Part shown: in pieces, positions 52,833 through 64,000 of the stretch | Layout of the letters: each line of letters opens with the position of its first letter | Position numbering within the stretch: position 1 is the first letter of the stretch | DNA from: an uncultured Eubacteriales bacterium | GTDB taxonomy: Bacteria > Bacillota > Clostridia > Oscillospirales > UBA644 | DNA length: 64,000 nt | NCBI GenBank assembly: GCA_934454405.1 | Contig: CAKSFN010000004.1 | Span: 84,854-148,853, forward strand | Reading direction: 5' to 3' | Position numbers and translations under genes: made by a program | The notes under the pieces: model-generated | Databases searched by the model: none | Told to the model about the DNA's origin: nothing | Seen by the model: only the letters and a program-made list of their open reading frames with translations

Positions 52833-54890
52833 ATGGACAAAAAACTTGACCCCTTATTCACGCCGTGGAAGATCGGAAACTGCGAGATCAAAAACCGCTT
52901 TGTTCTGACAAGCATGGGCGGAACGGACCTTTTCGGCTGGATGGAGAAAAACCATTTCGACAAGGACGGCGCGCGCTTCATTATGGAAGTCGCAAAGAAC
53001 AACGCCGGGCTTGTTATGCCGGGATGTCAGCCCGTTTACAACCCGATGTTCGGGCAATGGCTGCACAAGAACAAGAAAATGTTCGAGGATCTGAAAAAGT
53101 GGATGCCCGAATTTCATAAGACGGGCGCGAAGCTTTTCGTGCAGCTGACAGCCGGGTTCGGACGCTCGTTCACGATAAGCGAAATGATGGAAAAGCTTTA
53201 TACAAACAAGTTTTTGAGAGTTGTCAGCAAGCCGTTTATGAACCTCGATAAAATAACGGCGTCGGCAAGCCCCTCGCCTAACCGCTGGTCGGATAAGGTT
53301 CCGTCAAGAGCGATGACGGTGGAAGAGATACACGAGTTTGTGGAAGCGTTTGCGGAAAGCGCAAGACTGCTCAAAGAAGCGGGCGTTGACGGCGTTGAGG
53401 TTCATGCCGTTCACGAGGGTTACCTGCTTGACCAGTTCACGCTCGGATACGTCAACAAGAGAACGGACTCCTACGGCGGCTCGTTTGAAAACAGATACCG
53501 CTTTGCGGTCGAAATCGTTGACGCCATAAAAGCGGCGTGCGGCAAGGACTTCCCCGTTTCCCTGCGTTACAGCGTTGTCTCAAAAACAAAGGATTTCCGT
53601 CGCGGCGCGCTGCCGGGAGAAGAATACACCGAAGTCGGCAGAGATATGGCCGAGTCCGAAAAGGCGGCAAAATATCTGCAGGACGCGGGATATGACTGCT
53701 TAAACTGCGACAACGGCACTTACGACGCATGGTATTGGGCGCATCCGCCGATATATATGCCCGAAAACTGCAACCTGGAAGATGTTGAGCATATCAAGAA
53801 ATTTGTCGATATTCCCGTTATCTGCGCGGGCAGGCTTGACCCCGAAACGGCGGCCGATGCCGTTGCGAAGGGAGACCTTGACGGCGCGGGATTTGCGCGT
53901 CAGTTCCTGGCTGACCAACGCTGGATAACAAAGCTTATGAATGACGAACAGGACGATATACGTCCATGCATACTCTGTCATAACGGCTGCTTTAATATGT
54001 GCCATTACAAGGGCGTGCCGAACGATCAGGATCTTTCGGACAGCCTGCACCTTGCGCGCTGTGCCGTCAACGCGGAAACAATGCAATGGAACAAGCATTA
54101 CATAAAGAAAGCAAAATCGCCGAAGACCGTTCACATCATCGGCGGCGGTATCGGAGGCATGGAAGCGGCAAGAGTGCTGAAACTGCGCGGACATAACCCG
54201 ATAATTCACGAAAAGAGCGGCGAACTCGGCGGCGCGTTTATCGCGGCAAGCGCGGAATCCTATAAGGGCAAGCTCCGCGATCTGCTTGCGTGGTACATCA
54301 GAAAGATGGACAAACTCGGCATTGAGGTTCGCCTGAACGATGAGATAAAAGATGTTTCCATTTTCGGAAAAGAGCCTGTTATAATTGCGACGGGGGCAAT
54401 TCCGAGACTGTTGAAGAGAGTTCCGGGTTACGAAAAAATGGTCGAGGCTTGCGAATACCTGAGAGGCAGCAAAGAAGTAGGACAGACGGTCGCGGTAATC
54501 GGCGGCGGTCTTACCGGTTCGGAAATCGCTTACGAGCTTGCGCTTCAAGGCAAAAACCCCGTTATAGTGGAAATGAAAGACGACCTTATTTCGCAAAAGG
54601 GCGTATGTCTTGCAAACTCGTCATATCTGCGTGAATGGTTTGAGCTGCACAAAGTTCCCGTTTACCTTGAAACAACGCTCAAAGAAGTCAAAGACGGCGC
54701 TATCGTATGCACGGGCAAGGACGGAAAAGACATTGAGATAAAATGTGATTCCGTTATAAGCTGCGCGGGATACATACCCGCTCCCGTCGCGGAAAAAGGA
54801 TGCGGAAAATATCTCGTGGGCGACTGCGACAAGGTGGGCAACCTGCGCACGGTTATATGGAAAGCATACGAAACTGCGATGAAGATATAA
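52833..54890 (+). CDS. OYE-family FMN / 4Fe-4S / FAD-NAD(P) oxidoreductase (2-enoate reductase / 2,4-dienoyl-CoA reductase / BaiH-BaiCD-like)
   Basis: N-terminal PWKIGNCEIKNRFVLTSMGG OYE barrel start, Cys cluster CILCHNGCFNMC...C, and dinucleotide folds VHIIGGGIGGMEAA and VAVIGGGLTGSEIA. Confidence 0.8.
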   Translation: MDKKLDPLFTPWKIGNCEIKNRFVLTSMGGTDLFGWMEKNHFDKDGARFIMEVAKNNAGLVMPGCQPVYNPMFGQWLHKNKKMFEDLKKWMPEFHKTGAKLFVQLTAGFGRSFTISEMMEKLYTNKFLRVVSKPFMNLDKITASASPSPNRWSDKVPSRAMTVEEIHEFVEAFAESARLLKEAGVDGVEVHAVHEGYLLDQFTLGYVNKRTDSYGGSFENRYRFAVEIVDAIKAACGKDFPVSLRYSVVSKTKDFRRGALPGEEYTEVGRDMAESEKAAKYLQDAGYDCLNCDNGTYDAWYWAHPPIYMPENCNLEDVEHIKKFVDIPVICAGRLDPETAADAVAKGDLDGAGFARQFLADQRWITKLMNDEQDDIRPCILCHNGCFNMCHYKGVPNDQDLSDSLHLARCAVNAETMQWNKHYIKKAKSPKTVHIIGGGIGGMEAARVLKLRGHNPIIHEKSGELGGAFIAASAESYKGKLRDLLAWYIRKMDKLGIEVRLNDEIKDVSIFGKEPVIIATGAIPRLLKRVPGYEKMVEACEYLRGSKEVGQTVAVIGGGLTGSEIAYELALQGKNPVIVEMKDDLISQKGVCLANSSYLREWFELHKVPVYLETTLKEVKDGAIVCTGKDGKDIEIKCDSVISCAGYIPAPVAEKGCGKYLVGDCDKVGNLRTVIWKAYETAMKI

Positions 54891-54910
54891 GAAAGGCGGA
54901 TAGGATATTT

Positions 54911-56197
54911 ATGGAATATAAAATGAAGCTGTCCGAGGAACAGCAAGCCATACTTGACGGAAGTAAAGGCGAAACCATGGCAAAGGTCATGGAAACGCTT
55001 GTCCGTTACGGCGAACTGTTCGGCGCGGACGAAATGGTGCCCGTTACAAGCAAATACAATCACCTTGTTACCTCGTTCGGTCTGAAAGCGCTTGCGCCCG
55101 TTTATGCGCTTATGGATAAACTTATAGAAGCGGGAGCGGTTTCGCAGCAGAAATTTTCCGCAGACCCCAGACCGCTTGACAAAAACGTTCCGTCAAACTT
55201 CCTGCAAAACTTCGTATTCAACAAGTTTATGTATACAAAACAGGATTTTTATGAGGGACAACTTCAAAAACTCGGTCTTATGGCTCCCGACGCTTTTACC
55301 TGCACCTGCTATATGGACGAGGTCGGAAACACTCCGAAAAAGGGCGACGTTCTTTCGTGGTCGGAATCCTCGGCTGTCGTTTACGCAAACTCCGTGCTCG
55401 GCGCGCGCTGCAACAGAAACTCAGGTATAATCGACCTTATGGGCTCTGTTGTCGGCTATGTTCCCTCTTTCGGTTTTCTTAAAGACGAGGGCAGAAAAGC
55501 AAGCTGGATAGTTGAAATTAAAACGACGAAAAAGCCCGAAGCGCAGCTGCTCGGCTCGGCAATCGGAATGAAAGTTATGGAAGAAGTTCCGTTTGTCAGA
55601 GGTCTTGACAAATGGCTCGGCACGCTTGACGAGGACGCAAAGACATACCTTAAAGACTTCGGCGCGGCAACGGCATCTAACGGGGCTGTCGGACTTTACC
55701 ATATCGAAAACATCACACCGGAAGCGGTCGAACTCGGCGAAAAACTCATAAAAGAGGACGCAAAAGTTTATGTTATCGACGACGCGGAACTTCAAAGAGT
55801 TTATGACAGTTATCCGATAATCTGGAAAAACAAAGAAGCAAAACCGAAGCTCTGCTTTATGGGCTGCCCGCACATGAGCCTGAACCAGCTTATGACATGG
55901 ACGGACAAAGTGGAAGCGGCGCTCAAAGAAGCCGGAAACTCGAAAGTGATTATCCCGACGGTTTTCACCGCCGCGCCCGCCGTGCTTAAGGAGTTTGAGA
56001 AAACTCCGTATGCCGAAAGGCTCAGAAAGACGGGCGTTATTACAAGCTATATCTGCCCGCTGATGTATATGAACAACCCGCTCAGCGCAAAAATGCCCGT
56101 TATAACATCGAGCAATAAACTCAGAACTTATACGAGCGCAAGATACTATACGGACGATGAGATACTTGCGGAAATCACGAAAGGAGGCAACCGATAA
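54911..56197 (+). CDS. Aconitase X (AcnX) catalytic/large subunit (DUF521)
   Basis: LSEEQQAILDGSKGETMAKVMETLVRYGELFGA is the typical DUF521 N-terminus. Size is ~428 aa. Followed by the swivel-domain partner with a TAATG overlap. Confidence 0.7.
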   Translation: MEYKMKLSEEQQAILDGSKGETMAKVMETLVRYGELFGADEMVPVTSKYNHLVTSFGLKALAPVYALMDKLIEAGAVSQQKFSADPRPLDKNVPSNFLQNFVFNKFMYTKQDFYEGQLQKLGLMAPDAFTCTCYMDEVGNTPKKGDVLSWSESSAVVYANSVLGARCNRNSGIIDLMGSVVGYVPSFGFLKDEGRKASWIVEIKTTKKPEAQLLGSAIGMKVMEEVPFVRGLDKWLGTLDEDAKTYLKDFGAATASNGAVGLYHIENITPEAVELGEKLIKEDAKVYVIDDAELQRVYDSYPIIWKNKEAKPKLCFMGCPHMSLNQLMTWTDKVEAALKEAGNSKVIIPTVFTAAPAVLKEFEKTPYAERLRKTGVITSYICPLMYMNNPLSAKMPVITSSNKLRTYTSARYYTDDEILAEITKGGNR

Positions 56198-56640
56198 TGA
56201 AAACTTTTAAGGGAAGAGTTGTCGCGGAAGGCGAACTGACTGCGGAAGCTCTCGTTTCGCACGGCGGTCTCAATACTCTTGCATCGTTTCAGAAGGCGCT
56301 CCAATTCGGAGATAAAACCGCGACCTGCGGCGACCAGAACAACCCCGATCTTTATGGTAAAAAGATGCTCGGCAAAGCGCTCTGTCTGCCGATGACGATA
56401 GGTTCGACAACGGGAGGACTTGTGCTTTACTGCGCTTGCGCGATGGGTCGTCAGCCTGCCTGTATGCTTTTCTCCGAACCGATAGACTCTCTTGCCGCGG
56501 CAGGCGCAATTCTTTCGGACGTATGGCTTGAAGGTACGCCTCTTCCGGTTATCGACAGCCTCGGCGAAGAGTTCCTGAACTATGTCAAGGACGGTATGAA
56601 AATAACCATTCATAAAGACGGAACCGTTGATGTAGACTGA
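56197..56640 (+). CDS. Aconitase X swivel-domain small subunit (DUF126)
   Basis: FKGRVVAEGELTAEALVS...GKALCLPMTIGSTTGGLVL is the DUF126 pattern. Confidence 0.7.
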   Translation: MKTFKGRVVAEGELTAEALVSHGGLNTLASFQKALQFGDKTATCGDQNNPDLYGKKMLGKALCLPMTIGSTTGGLVLYCACAMGRQPACMLFSEPIDSLAAAGAILSDVWLEGTPLPVIDSLGEEFLNYVKDGMKITIHKDGTVDVD

Positions 56641-56661
56641 TAAAGGCAAAACATACATTTA

Positions 56662-56690
56662 CCCCGCCGCTTTCGCGGCGGGGTATTTTT
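56662..56690. terminator. Bidirectional rho-independent terminator
   Basis: CCCCGCCGC-TTTC-GCGGCGGGG followed by TATTTTT, between convergent genes. Confidence 0.8.
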
Positions 56691-56725
56691 CTGAATATAC
56701 GAACAAAATGCACAAAGTTTCGAGT

Positions 56726-57688
56726 TTACTTGTTTTCAAACGTTATAAGTGTTTCGTTTCTCATCGGATAAGAGATGACTGTTTTTCCGTCGAGGTCTTC
56801 GGCGTGCATATCAACTGCGGTTATCGCGCCGTTTTCGTAAGTCGTGTAATAATAGATGCCCTTGTCGGCATTGAAACAACAGGAATATATGGTTATTTCA
56901 TATTCTCCTTCCGCAACTTCGCAGCAGCCGCGCTGTTGTTCCACCGAACCGAGAATGTGAAAGAACTGCCGAACGCTTTCTTCCTCGCCCTTGCCCGACT
57001 TTGAATTTGCGAGCACAAACGCGGCGCGGACGAAACGGGATTGAGAAGAAAGGTCTCCCGGAAGCCCCATAGCCCCCATTCCCCTGCTGTATGCTTTCAA
57101 ATCAAGTTCGGACGCAAAGTTGTTTTTCGGAGACTTCGGAGAAAGATTTATATAGTTATTAAGCGAAAACAACTGCGTCGGGAACGGCGGATTGTTCGTC
57201 AGCACGCCGCAAGGATTGTCATAAACGTGAAGCCCGTCGGTCATTGATTCGATAACGATGCATTCGTCCCTGTCCGCAACGAGCCAATGAAGCTGCGCGG
57301 AGGGCAAGCCCTCGCAAAACGGAGTATCGGTTATCTCAACATTTTCAAGATAAGTTTTCACCTCTGCAACGGTCGCGCATTTACCGAGCAGGGTCGGAAT
57401 AAACTCATATTGGGCGATATTGTTTTTTCCGTTGACGGGCTTGCCGTAAAACGCGTTTCCGACAAAATTCAACCCCGCCGCGCAAAGGCCTTTTTCATTC
57501 GCCGCGTCGTAAAACAGCGGATAGCCGTTCATAACGTGAGCCGTTCCGATCAACGCAAAATGCGCTCCCGTATCCCCTATCGGAAAATTTCGGGGAACAA
57601 CAACGACGCTTTCGCCGTAGCCGTGTTCATAATCGAGATTTCTGCCGAAATAATGGTCTTCCGTCTTAAAATTTATTGCGGTACACAT
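56726..57688 (-). CDS. Choloylglycine hydrolase family Ntn-hydrolase (bile salt hydrolase / penicillin V acylase-like)
   Basis: Start placed at MCTAINFK... so that Cys2 becomes the N-terminal nucleophile. That ATG lies 11 nt after AAGGAG, whereas the upstream ATG at 57697 is only 2 nt from it. FGRNLDYE and PRNFP motifs resemble clostridial CBAH. Confidence 0.85.
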   Translation of the reverse strand: MCTAINFKTEDHYFGRNLDYEHGYGESVVVVPRNFPIGDTGAHFALIGTAHVMNGYPLFYDAANEKGLCAAGLNFVGNAFYGKPVNGKNNIAQYEFIPTLLGKCATVAEVKTYLENVEITDTPFCEGLPSAQLHWLVADRDECIVIESMTDGLHVYDNPCGVLTNNPPFPTQLFSLNNYINLSPKSPKNNFASELDLKAYSRGMGAMGLPGDLSSQSRFVRAAFVLANSKSGKGEEESVRQFFHILGSVEQQRGCCEVAEGEYEITIYSCCFNADKGIYYYTTYENGAITAVDMHAEDLDGKTVISYPMRNETLITFENK

Positions 57689-57729
57689 AAAACTCATATC
57701 TCCTTTATCCGAACAAAACCGTTCGGGGC

Positions 57730-57758
57730 TTGCATTTTTTATCTTTCTGTGATATAAT
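57730..57758 (+). promoter_or_regulatory. Promoter TTGCAT-N17-TATAAT for the TetR gene
   Basis: Hexamers at 57730-57735 and 57753-57758, in the divergent intergenic region shared with the hydrolase gene. Confidence 0.5.
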
Positions 57759-57803
57759 TATACCTGTCAAATATCCGCAAATAGTGACGACGAGGAGAAA
57801 GAA

Positions 57804-58367
57804 ATGCAGAATCTGACAAAAAAAGCAATCAAAACGTCTTTTTTGGAACTGCTCAACGAACAGCCGTTAAACAAGATCAGCGTCCGCACCGTTGTCGAAG
57901 CCTGCGGAATCAACAGAAACACATTCTATTACTATTATCAAGACTTGCCGACGCTTATCGAAGAGATCATCAAAGAAAGCATTGACACTTTGATTGAAAA
58001 ATATCCCACTATAAGCTCGCTTGACGAATGTGTTGACATTATTTTCAAACAGCTGATAAAAAATAAAAAAGCGATGTATCACATTTATAATTCCGTCAAC
58101 CGCAATATTTTTGAGCAATACTGTATGCAGTTGTGCGAATATCTTGTAACAACGTATCTCGACACGGCTTTTGAGAGAGGAACCGTCGGAGAGACCGACC
58201 GCAAGATTGCCATTCGCTTTTTTAAATGCGAACTTTACGGACTTCTTTTCGACTGGTTCTCAAACGGAATGAAAGATGAATCCGTGGACGAGCTTCACCA
58301 CATAACGGAAATTTGCCGAGGACTGTCGTCCGAGGTGATTGAAAGAAGCAAAAAGACAAAGAATTGA
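57804..58367 (+). CDS. TetR/AcrR family transcriptional regulator
   Basis: N-terminal AIKTSFLELLNEQPLNKISVRTVVEACGINRNTFYYYYQD is the TetR HTH. Confidence 0.85.
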   Translation: MQNLTKKAIKTSFLELLNEQPLNKISVRTVVEACGINRNTFYYYYQDLPTLIEEIIKESIDTLIEKYPTISSLDECVDIIFKQLIKNKKAMYHIYNSVNRNIFEQYCMQLCEYLVTTYLDTAFERGTVGETDRKIAIRFFKCELYGLLFDWFSNGMKDESVDELHHITEICRGLSSEVIERSKKTKN

Positions 58368-58390
58368 TATTCGTCAGCCGAATACGATAA

Positions 58391-58428
58391 AAGTGCCCCG
58401 TTGAGCGAGGCACTTTTTCTTTTTTTTT
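58391..58428. terminator. Bidirectional terminator between the TetR gene and atpC
   Basis: AAGTGCC-N11-GGCACTT followed by TTTCTTTTTTTTT. Confidence 0.7.
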
Positions 58429-58445
58429 CGGGGTTGCGGTAAAAT

Positions 58446-60921
<2,476 letters not shown>

Positions 60922-60925
60922 AACA

Positions 60926-62416
60926 TCACTCCATTTCCGAAAGAGCCTTTTTCAGTTCCTTGATATCGGACTCGTCAAAATGTCCTGCCTCAAAACGGGA
61001 TAGCAGGTCTGAATACTCGGAACGCATTTTTTCGTAAAGCCGCTGCTCATACTCCCCTATCTTTTCAACGGGAATATTATTCAGATACCCGTTTGTCACG
61101 GCATAAACGATACACACCTGACATCCCGGGGAAACGGGCGAATTGCGTTTTTGTTTCAACACTTCGACTATGCGTTCGCCGAGTGCCAGACGGGCTTTCG
61201 TATCCGCGTCGAGGTCGCTGCCGAACTGCGCGAAAGAGCGTAGCTCGCGATATTGCGAATAAAGCAGTTTCAGTGCGCCCGAAACCTTTTTGACGGCTTT
61301 CAACTGCGCGGAGCCTCCGACACGGCTGACGGATATACCCGGGTTTATTGCGGGCATAATTCCGGAATGGAACAGTTCCGTTTCAAGGAATATCTGCCCG
61401 TCCGTGATAGAAATGACGTTCGTGGGTATATAAGCGGAAACATCGCCCGCCTGCGTTTCTATGATGGGGAGCGCGGTTATCGAACCGCCGCCGTATTCGG
61501 GAGCGACGCACGCCGCCCTTTCAAGAAGACGGGAGTGCAGATAGAACACGTCACCGGGATACGCTTCTCTTCCGGGCGGACGCCTGATAAGAAGCGACAG
61601 CGCGCGGTATGCGACAGCGTGTTTGGAAAGGTCGTCGTAAACGATAAGCACATCTTTTCCCTGCTGTCTGAAATATTCCGCCATGGCGCAGCCTGCATAG
61701 GGCGCAATATATTGCAGCGGCGCGCTTTCGGAGGCTGATGCCGCCACAACAATGGTATATTCCATCGCCCCCGCGCGGGTCAGTTCGTTTACAAGCTGAA
61801 CAACGGAAGTGCTTTTCTGCCCTATCGCGACGTAAATGCAAAGCACGTCGCTGTTTTTCTGATTTATAATGGTATCTATCGCTATCTCCGTTTTTCCGGT
61901 CTGACGGTCGCCAATGATGAGCTCTCGCTGACCTCTGCCTATCGGGATCATGCAGTCGATTGCCTTTATTCCCGTTTGCAGAGGCACGGAAACGCTTTTT
62001 CTCTCAATAATTCCGGGCGCTTCCGCCTCAACGGGACGTGTTTCCGATGTTTGTATCGGCCCTTTTCCGTCAATGGGCTCGCCGAGCGCGTTGACAACTC
62101 TGCCGAGCATCGCTTCGCCGACGGGAACGGAAAGAACTCTGCCCGTTCTTTTGACCTGCGAGCCTTCGCGAATATCGTTTTCGTTTGCAAGCACGGCGAC
62201 GGACACGGTTTCGTCTTCAAGGTTCTGCGCCATACCGACGCTGCCGTCCTCAAATTCGAGAAGCTCGTTTGCCATACAGTTTCTTATGCCGTAAACGCGG
62301 GCAATACCGTCTCCGACACGGATAACGGTTCCCGTTTCGGTCATCTCCGTTCGGGAGCGATACGCTTTTATCTGTTCTTTTATGATGCTGCTTATTTCTT
62401 CGGTATTCGAGCTCAT
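60926..62416 (-). CDS. atpA: F1 ATP synthase alpha subunit
   Basis: GDRQTGKT Walker A and overall alpha-subunit sequence. Confidence 0.95.
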   Translation of the reverse strand: MSSNTEEISSIIKEQIKAYRSRTEMTETGTVIRVGDGIARVYGIRNCMANELLEFEDGSVGMAQNLEDETVSVAVLANENDIREGSQVKRTGRVLSVPVGEAMLGRVVNALGEPIDGKGPIQTSETRPVEAEAPGIIERKSVSVPLQTGIKAIDCMIPIGRGQRELIIGDRQTGKTEIAIDTIINQKNSDVLCIYVAIGQKSTSVVQLVNELTRAGAMEYTIVVAASASESAPLQYIAPYAGCAMAEYFRQQGKDVLIVYDDLSKHAVAYRALSLLIRRPPGREAYPGDVFYLHSRLLERAACVAPEYGGGSITALPIIETQAGDVSAYIPTNVISITDGQIFLETELFHSGIMPAINPGISVSRVGGSAQLKAVKKVSGALKLLYSQYRELRSFAQFGSDLDADTKARLALGERIVEVLKQKRNSPVSPGCQVCIVYAVTNGYLNNIPVEKIGEYEQRLYEKMRSEYSDLLSRFEAGHFDESDIKELKKALSEME

Positions 62417-62952
62417 TTTTCGATCACTTCCTTTATCTGCTTCAGTTTTGTTTCGACGCTGCCGTCTATCAGGATGTCGTCCATACGCACGACAAGTCCG
62501 CCGATGACGTTTTCGTCGGTTTCGTATTCCGCGGTAACGGTATGTCCGCAGAGTTTTTCGAGCTTTTTAATCAGTTTTTCCTTTTCTTCGTCGGTCATCT
62601 CAACCGCGCTCGTAACCTTTGCGGTCGAAACAAGGCTGACGGCGCGATACATTCTTTCGTATTCGGCAACGCATTCTCCGAAAAGCTTTATCCTTCCGTT
62701 TTCGCAGAGAAGTTCAGTAAAAGACATCACATATTCGGGAACTTTTCCGCAGAAAGCGGCCTCAAGAAGCTTTCGTCTTTCGCCTGTCGAAATGTCGGGC
62801 GACGCGAGCAGATCCGCGTATTGCGGCTGCTCTTCAAACTGACGCTCAATCAAGCCGAGAGCGTCGGAAAACTCTTTTTCGCGCGAATTCTCGCGGGCAA
62901 GCTCAAAAAGCGCCGCTGCGTATTCTTTGCTGACTTCAGTCATTGTTTTCAC
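62413..62952 (-). CDS. atpH: F1 ATP synthase delta (OSCP) subunit
   Basis: Position between the b and alpha genes. [10 protein letters not shown]-terminus and [15 protein letters not shown]-terminal motif. Confidence 0.85.
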   Translation of the reverse strand: MKTMTEVSKEYAAALFELARENSREKEFSDALGLIERQFEEQPQYADLLASPDISTGERRKLLEAAFCGKVPEYVMSFTELLCENGRIKLFGECVAEYERMYRAVSLVSTAKVTSAVEMTDEEKEKLIKKLEKLCGHTVTAEYETDENVIGGLVVRMDDILIDGSVETKLKQIKEVIEK

Positions 62953-63442
62953 CTATTTCGGCAATGGCGCGGTCTATCAAATCGCGGTGATCTGCTTCGC
63001 TGATCTCTCTGCCGAGCACCTTTTCGGAAATTGCGGACGAAACGTCTGCAATTTCCTTTTTTATCTGTGCCTGCGCCTTCTTATGTTCAAGGTTAGCCTG
63101 CGTCTGCGCTTCCCGCACAATGCCGTCGGCTTTTTCCCTCGCATCCGAAACGATCTCCTCTCCGCGACGGGCGGCGCGCTCGTTCGCGTTTTTGATTATG
63201 GCGTCGCTTTCCTCGCGGGCGGCGGCAAGTTTTTCAGACCATTCCTTTTCGTTCATATCGGCGCGGGACTGCGCCGCTTTTGCTTCGGAATAGATATCGT
63301 CAAGCTCCGCGCGACGGGTCTGCGTGACCTTTTGAACGGGTTTGAAAAGAAACTTTTTCAGAATAAGAAACAGTATAACAAGATTGCACAGCGAAATCAG
63401 TATCTGCCAGATATTGACGGATATGACATCAAGACTTTGCAT
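62936..63442 (-). CDS. atpF: Fo ATP synthase b subunit
   Basis: N-terminal TM helix followed by a long charged helix. Operon position. Confidence 0.85.
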   Translation of the reverse strand: MQSLDVISVNIWQILISLCNLVILFLILKKFLFKPVQKVTQTRRAELDDIYSEAKAAQSRADMNEKEWSEKLAAAREESDAIIKNANERAARRGEEIVSDAREKADGIVREAQTQANLEHKKAQAQIKKEIADVSSAISEKVLGREISEADHRDLIDRAIAEIGENND

Positions 63443-63456
63443 AACATTATCCCCTT

Positions 63457-63756
<300 letters not shown>

Positions 63757-64000
63757 TTAATTATTTACAGTTTGTTTTTTGTGTTTTTCTTTGCGTTTGT
63801 AATAAGTTTCCGCAGGGAATCCGCCGGAAACATAGAGCATTGCGAGCATAGCGAAGATGAACGCCTGTAAAAGTCCGCTGAACACGTCGAAGTAAACCGA
63901 CAGTATCGCGGGAAGACCTATCTGCAAGAACGGAATCTCTCCGAGAGCGCCCGGAAGCCAGCCGAGAACGAGTTTTGAAAGTCCCGAAAGTCCTGCGGCG
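63757..64000 (-). CDS. atpB: Fo ATP synthase a subunit, C-terminal part only (truncated by the window end)
   Basis: My manual minus-strand translation gives ...LPAILSVYFDVFSGLLQAFIFAMLAMLYVSG..., the conserved a-subunit C-terminal helix. Stop at 63757-63759. Confidence 0.8.
   Translation of the reverse strand, partial: AAGLSGLSKLVLGWLPGALGEIPFLQIGLPAILSVYFDVFSGLLQAFIFAMLAMLYVSGGFPAETYYKRKEKHKKQTVNN

Overview
This 64-kb window looks like a gut Clostridia-type Firmicute chromosome; the taxon is inferred from gene families, not tested. The left ~41.7 kb is a stack of mobile DNA and the right ~22 kb is core chromosome.

(1) 1-32.7 kb: an integrative conjugative or mobilizable element whose left end lies outside the window.
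- Backbone: HipA-like kinase, RHH accessory protein, MobL-type relaxase with a Sel1-repeat tail, Toprim primase-like protein, VirD4-like coupling protein, wHTH protein.
- Integration module: sigma-70 region-4 protein, orphan MazF, three tandem serine-recombinase genes (the middle one lacks the catalytic domain), TnpV.
- Cargo: an 18-gene, 15.3-kb co-directional cluster (10661-25903). It encodes Sel1, DUF1963/YwqG-like, MORN, zinc-ribbon and membrane proteins. It ends in a kinase / vWA / PP2C (TerY-P-like) triad plus a transglutaminase-like protein.

(2) ~33.2-41.7 kb: a second island.
- It contains a visibly AT-rich islet with an HTH / N6-adenine methyltransferase / BsuBI-PstI-like endonuclease operon.
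- That operon is followed by an uncharacterised two-gene module: an all-alpha protein with HEPN/DUF4145-like motifs, and an ORC/Cdc6-like AAA+ ATPase with a wHTH and an RNAP-alpha-CTD-like HhH tail.
- A scarred junction, a LexA-like repressor, a small ORF and a large serine recombinase follow.

(3) 41.7-64 kb: core genes.
- argCJBDF-carA, then a CarB-DapF fusion.
- An OYE/enoate-reductase-like flavoenzyme with split aconitase X.
- A choloylglycine hydrolase, a TetR regulator, and the F1Fo ATP synthase operon on the minus strand (a-subunit truncated by the window end).

I saw no rRNA, tRNA or CRISPR array.

Best candidates for an undescribed system: the two-gene module at 35972-38294 and the 18-gene cargo operon at 10661-25903. 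All family assignments come from motif reading and memory. No searches were run.
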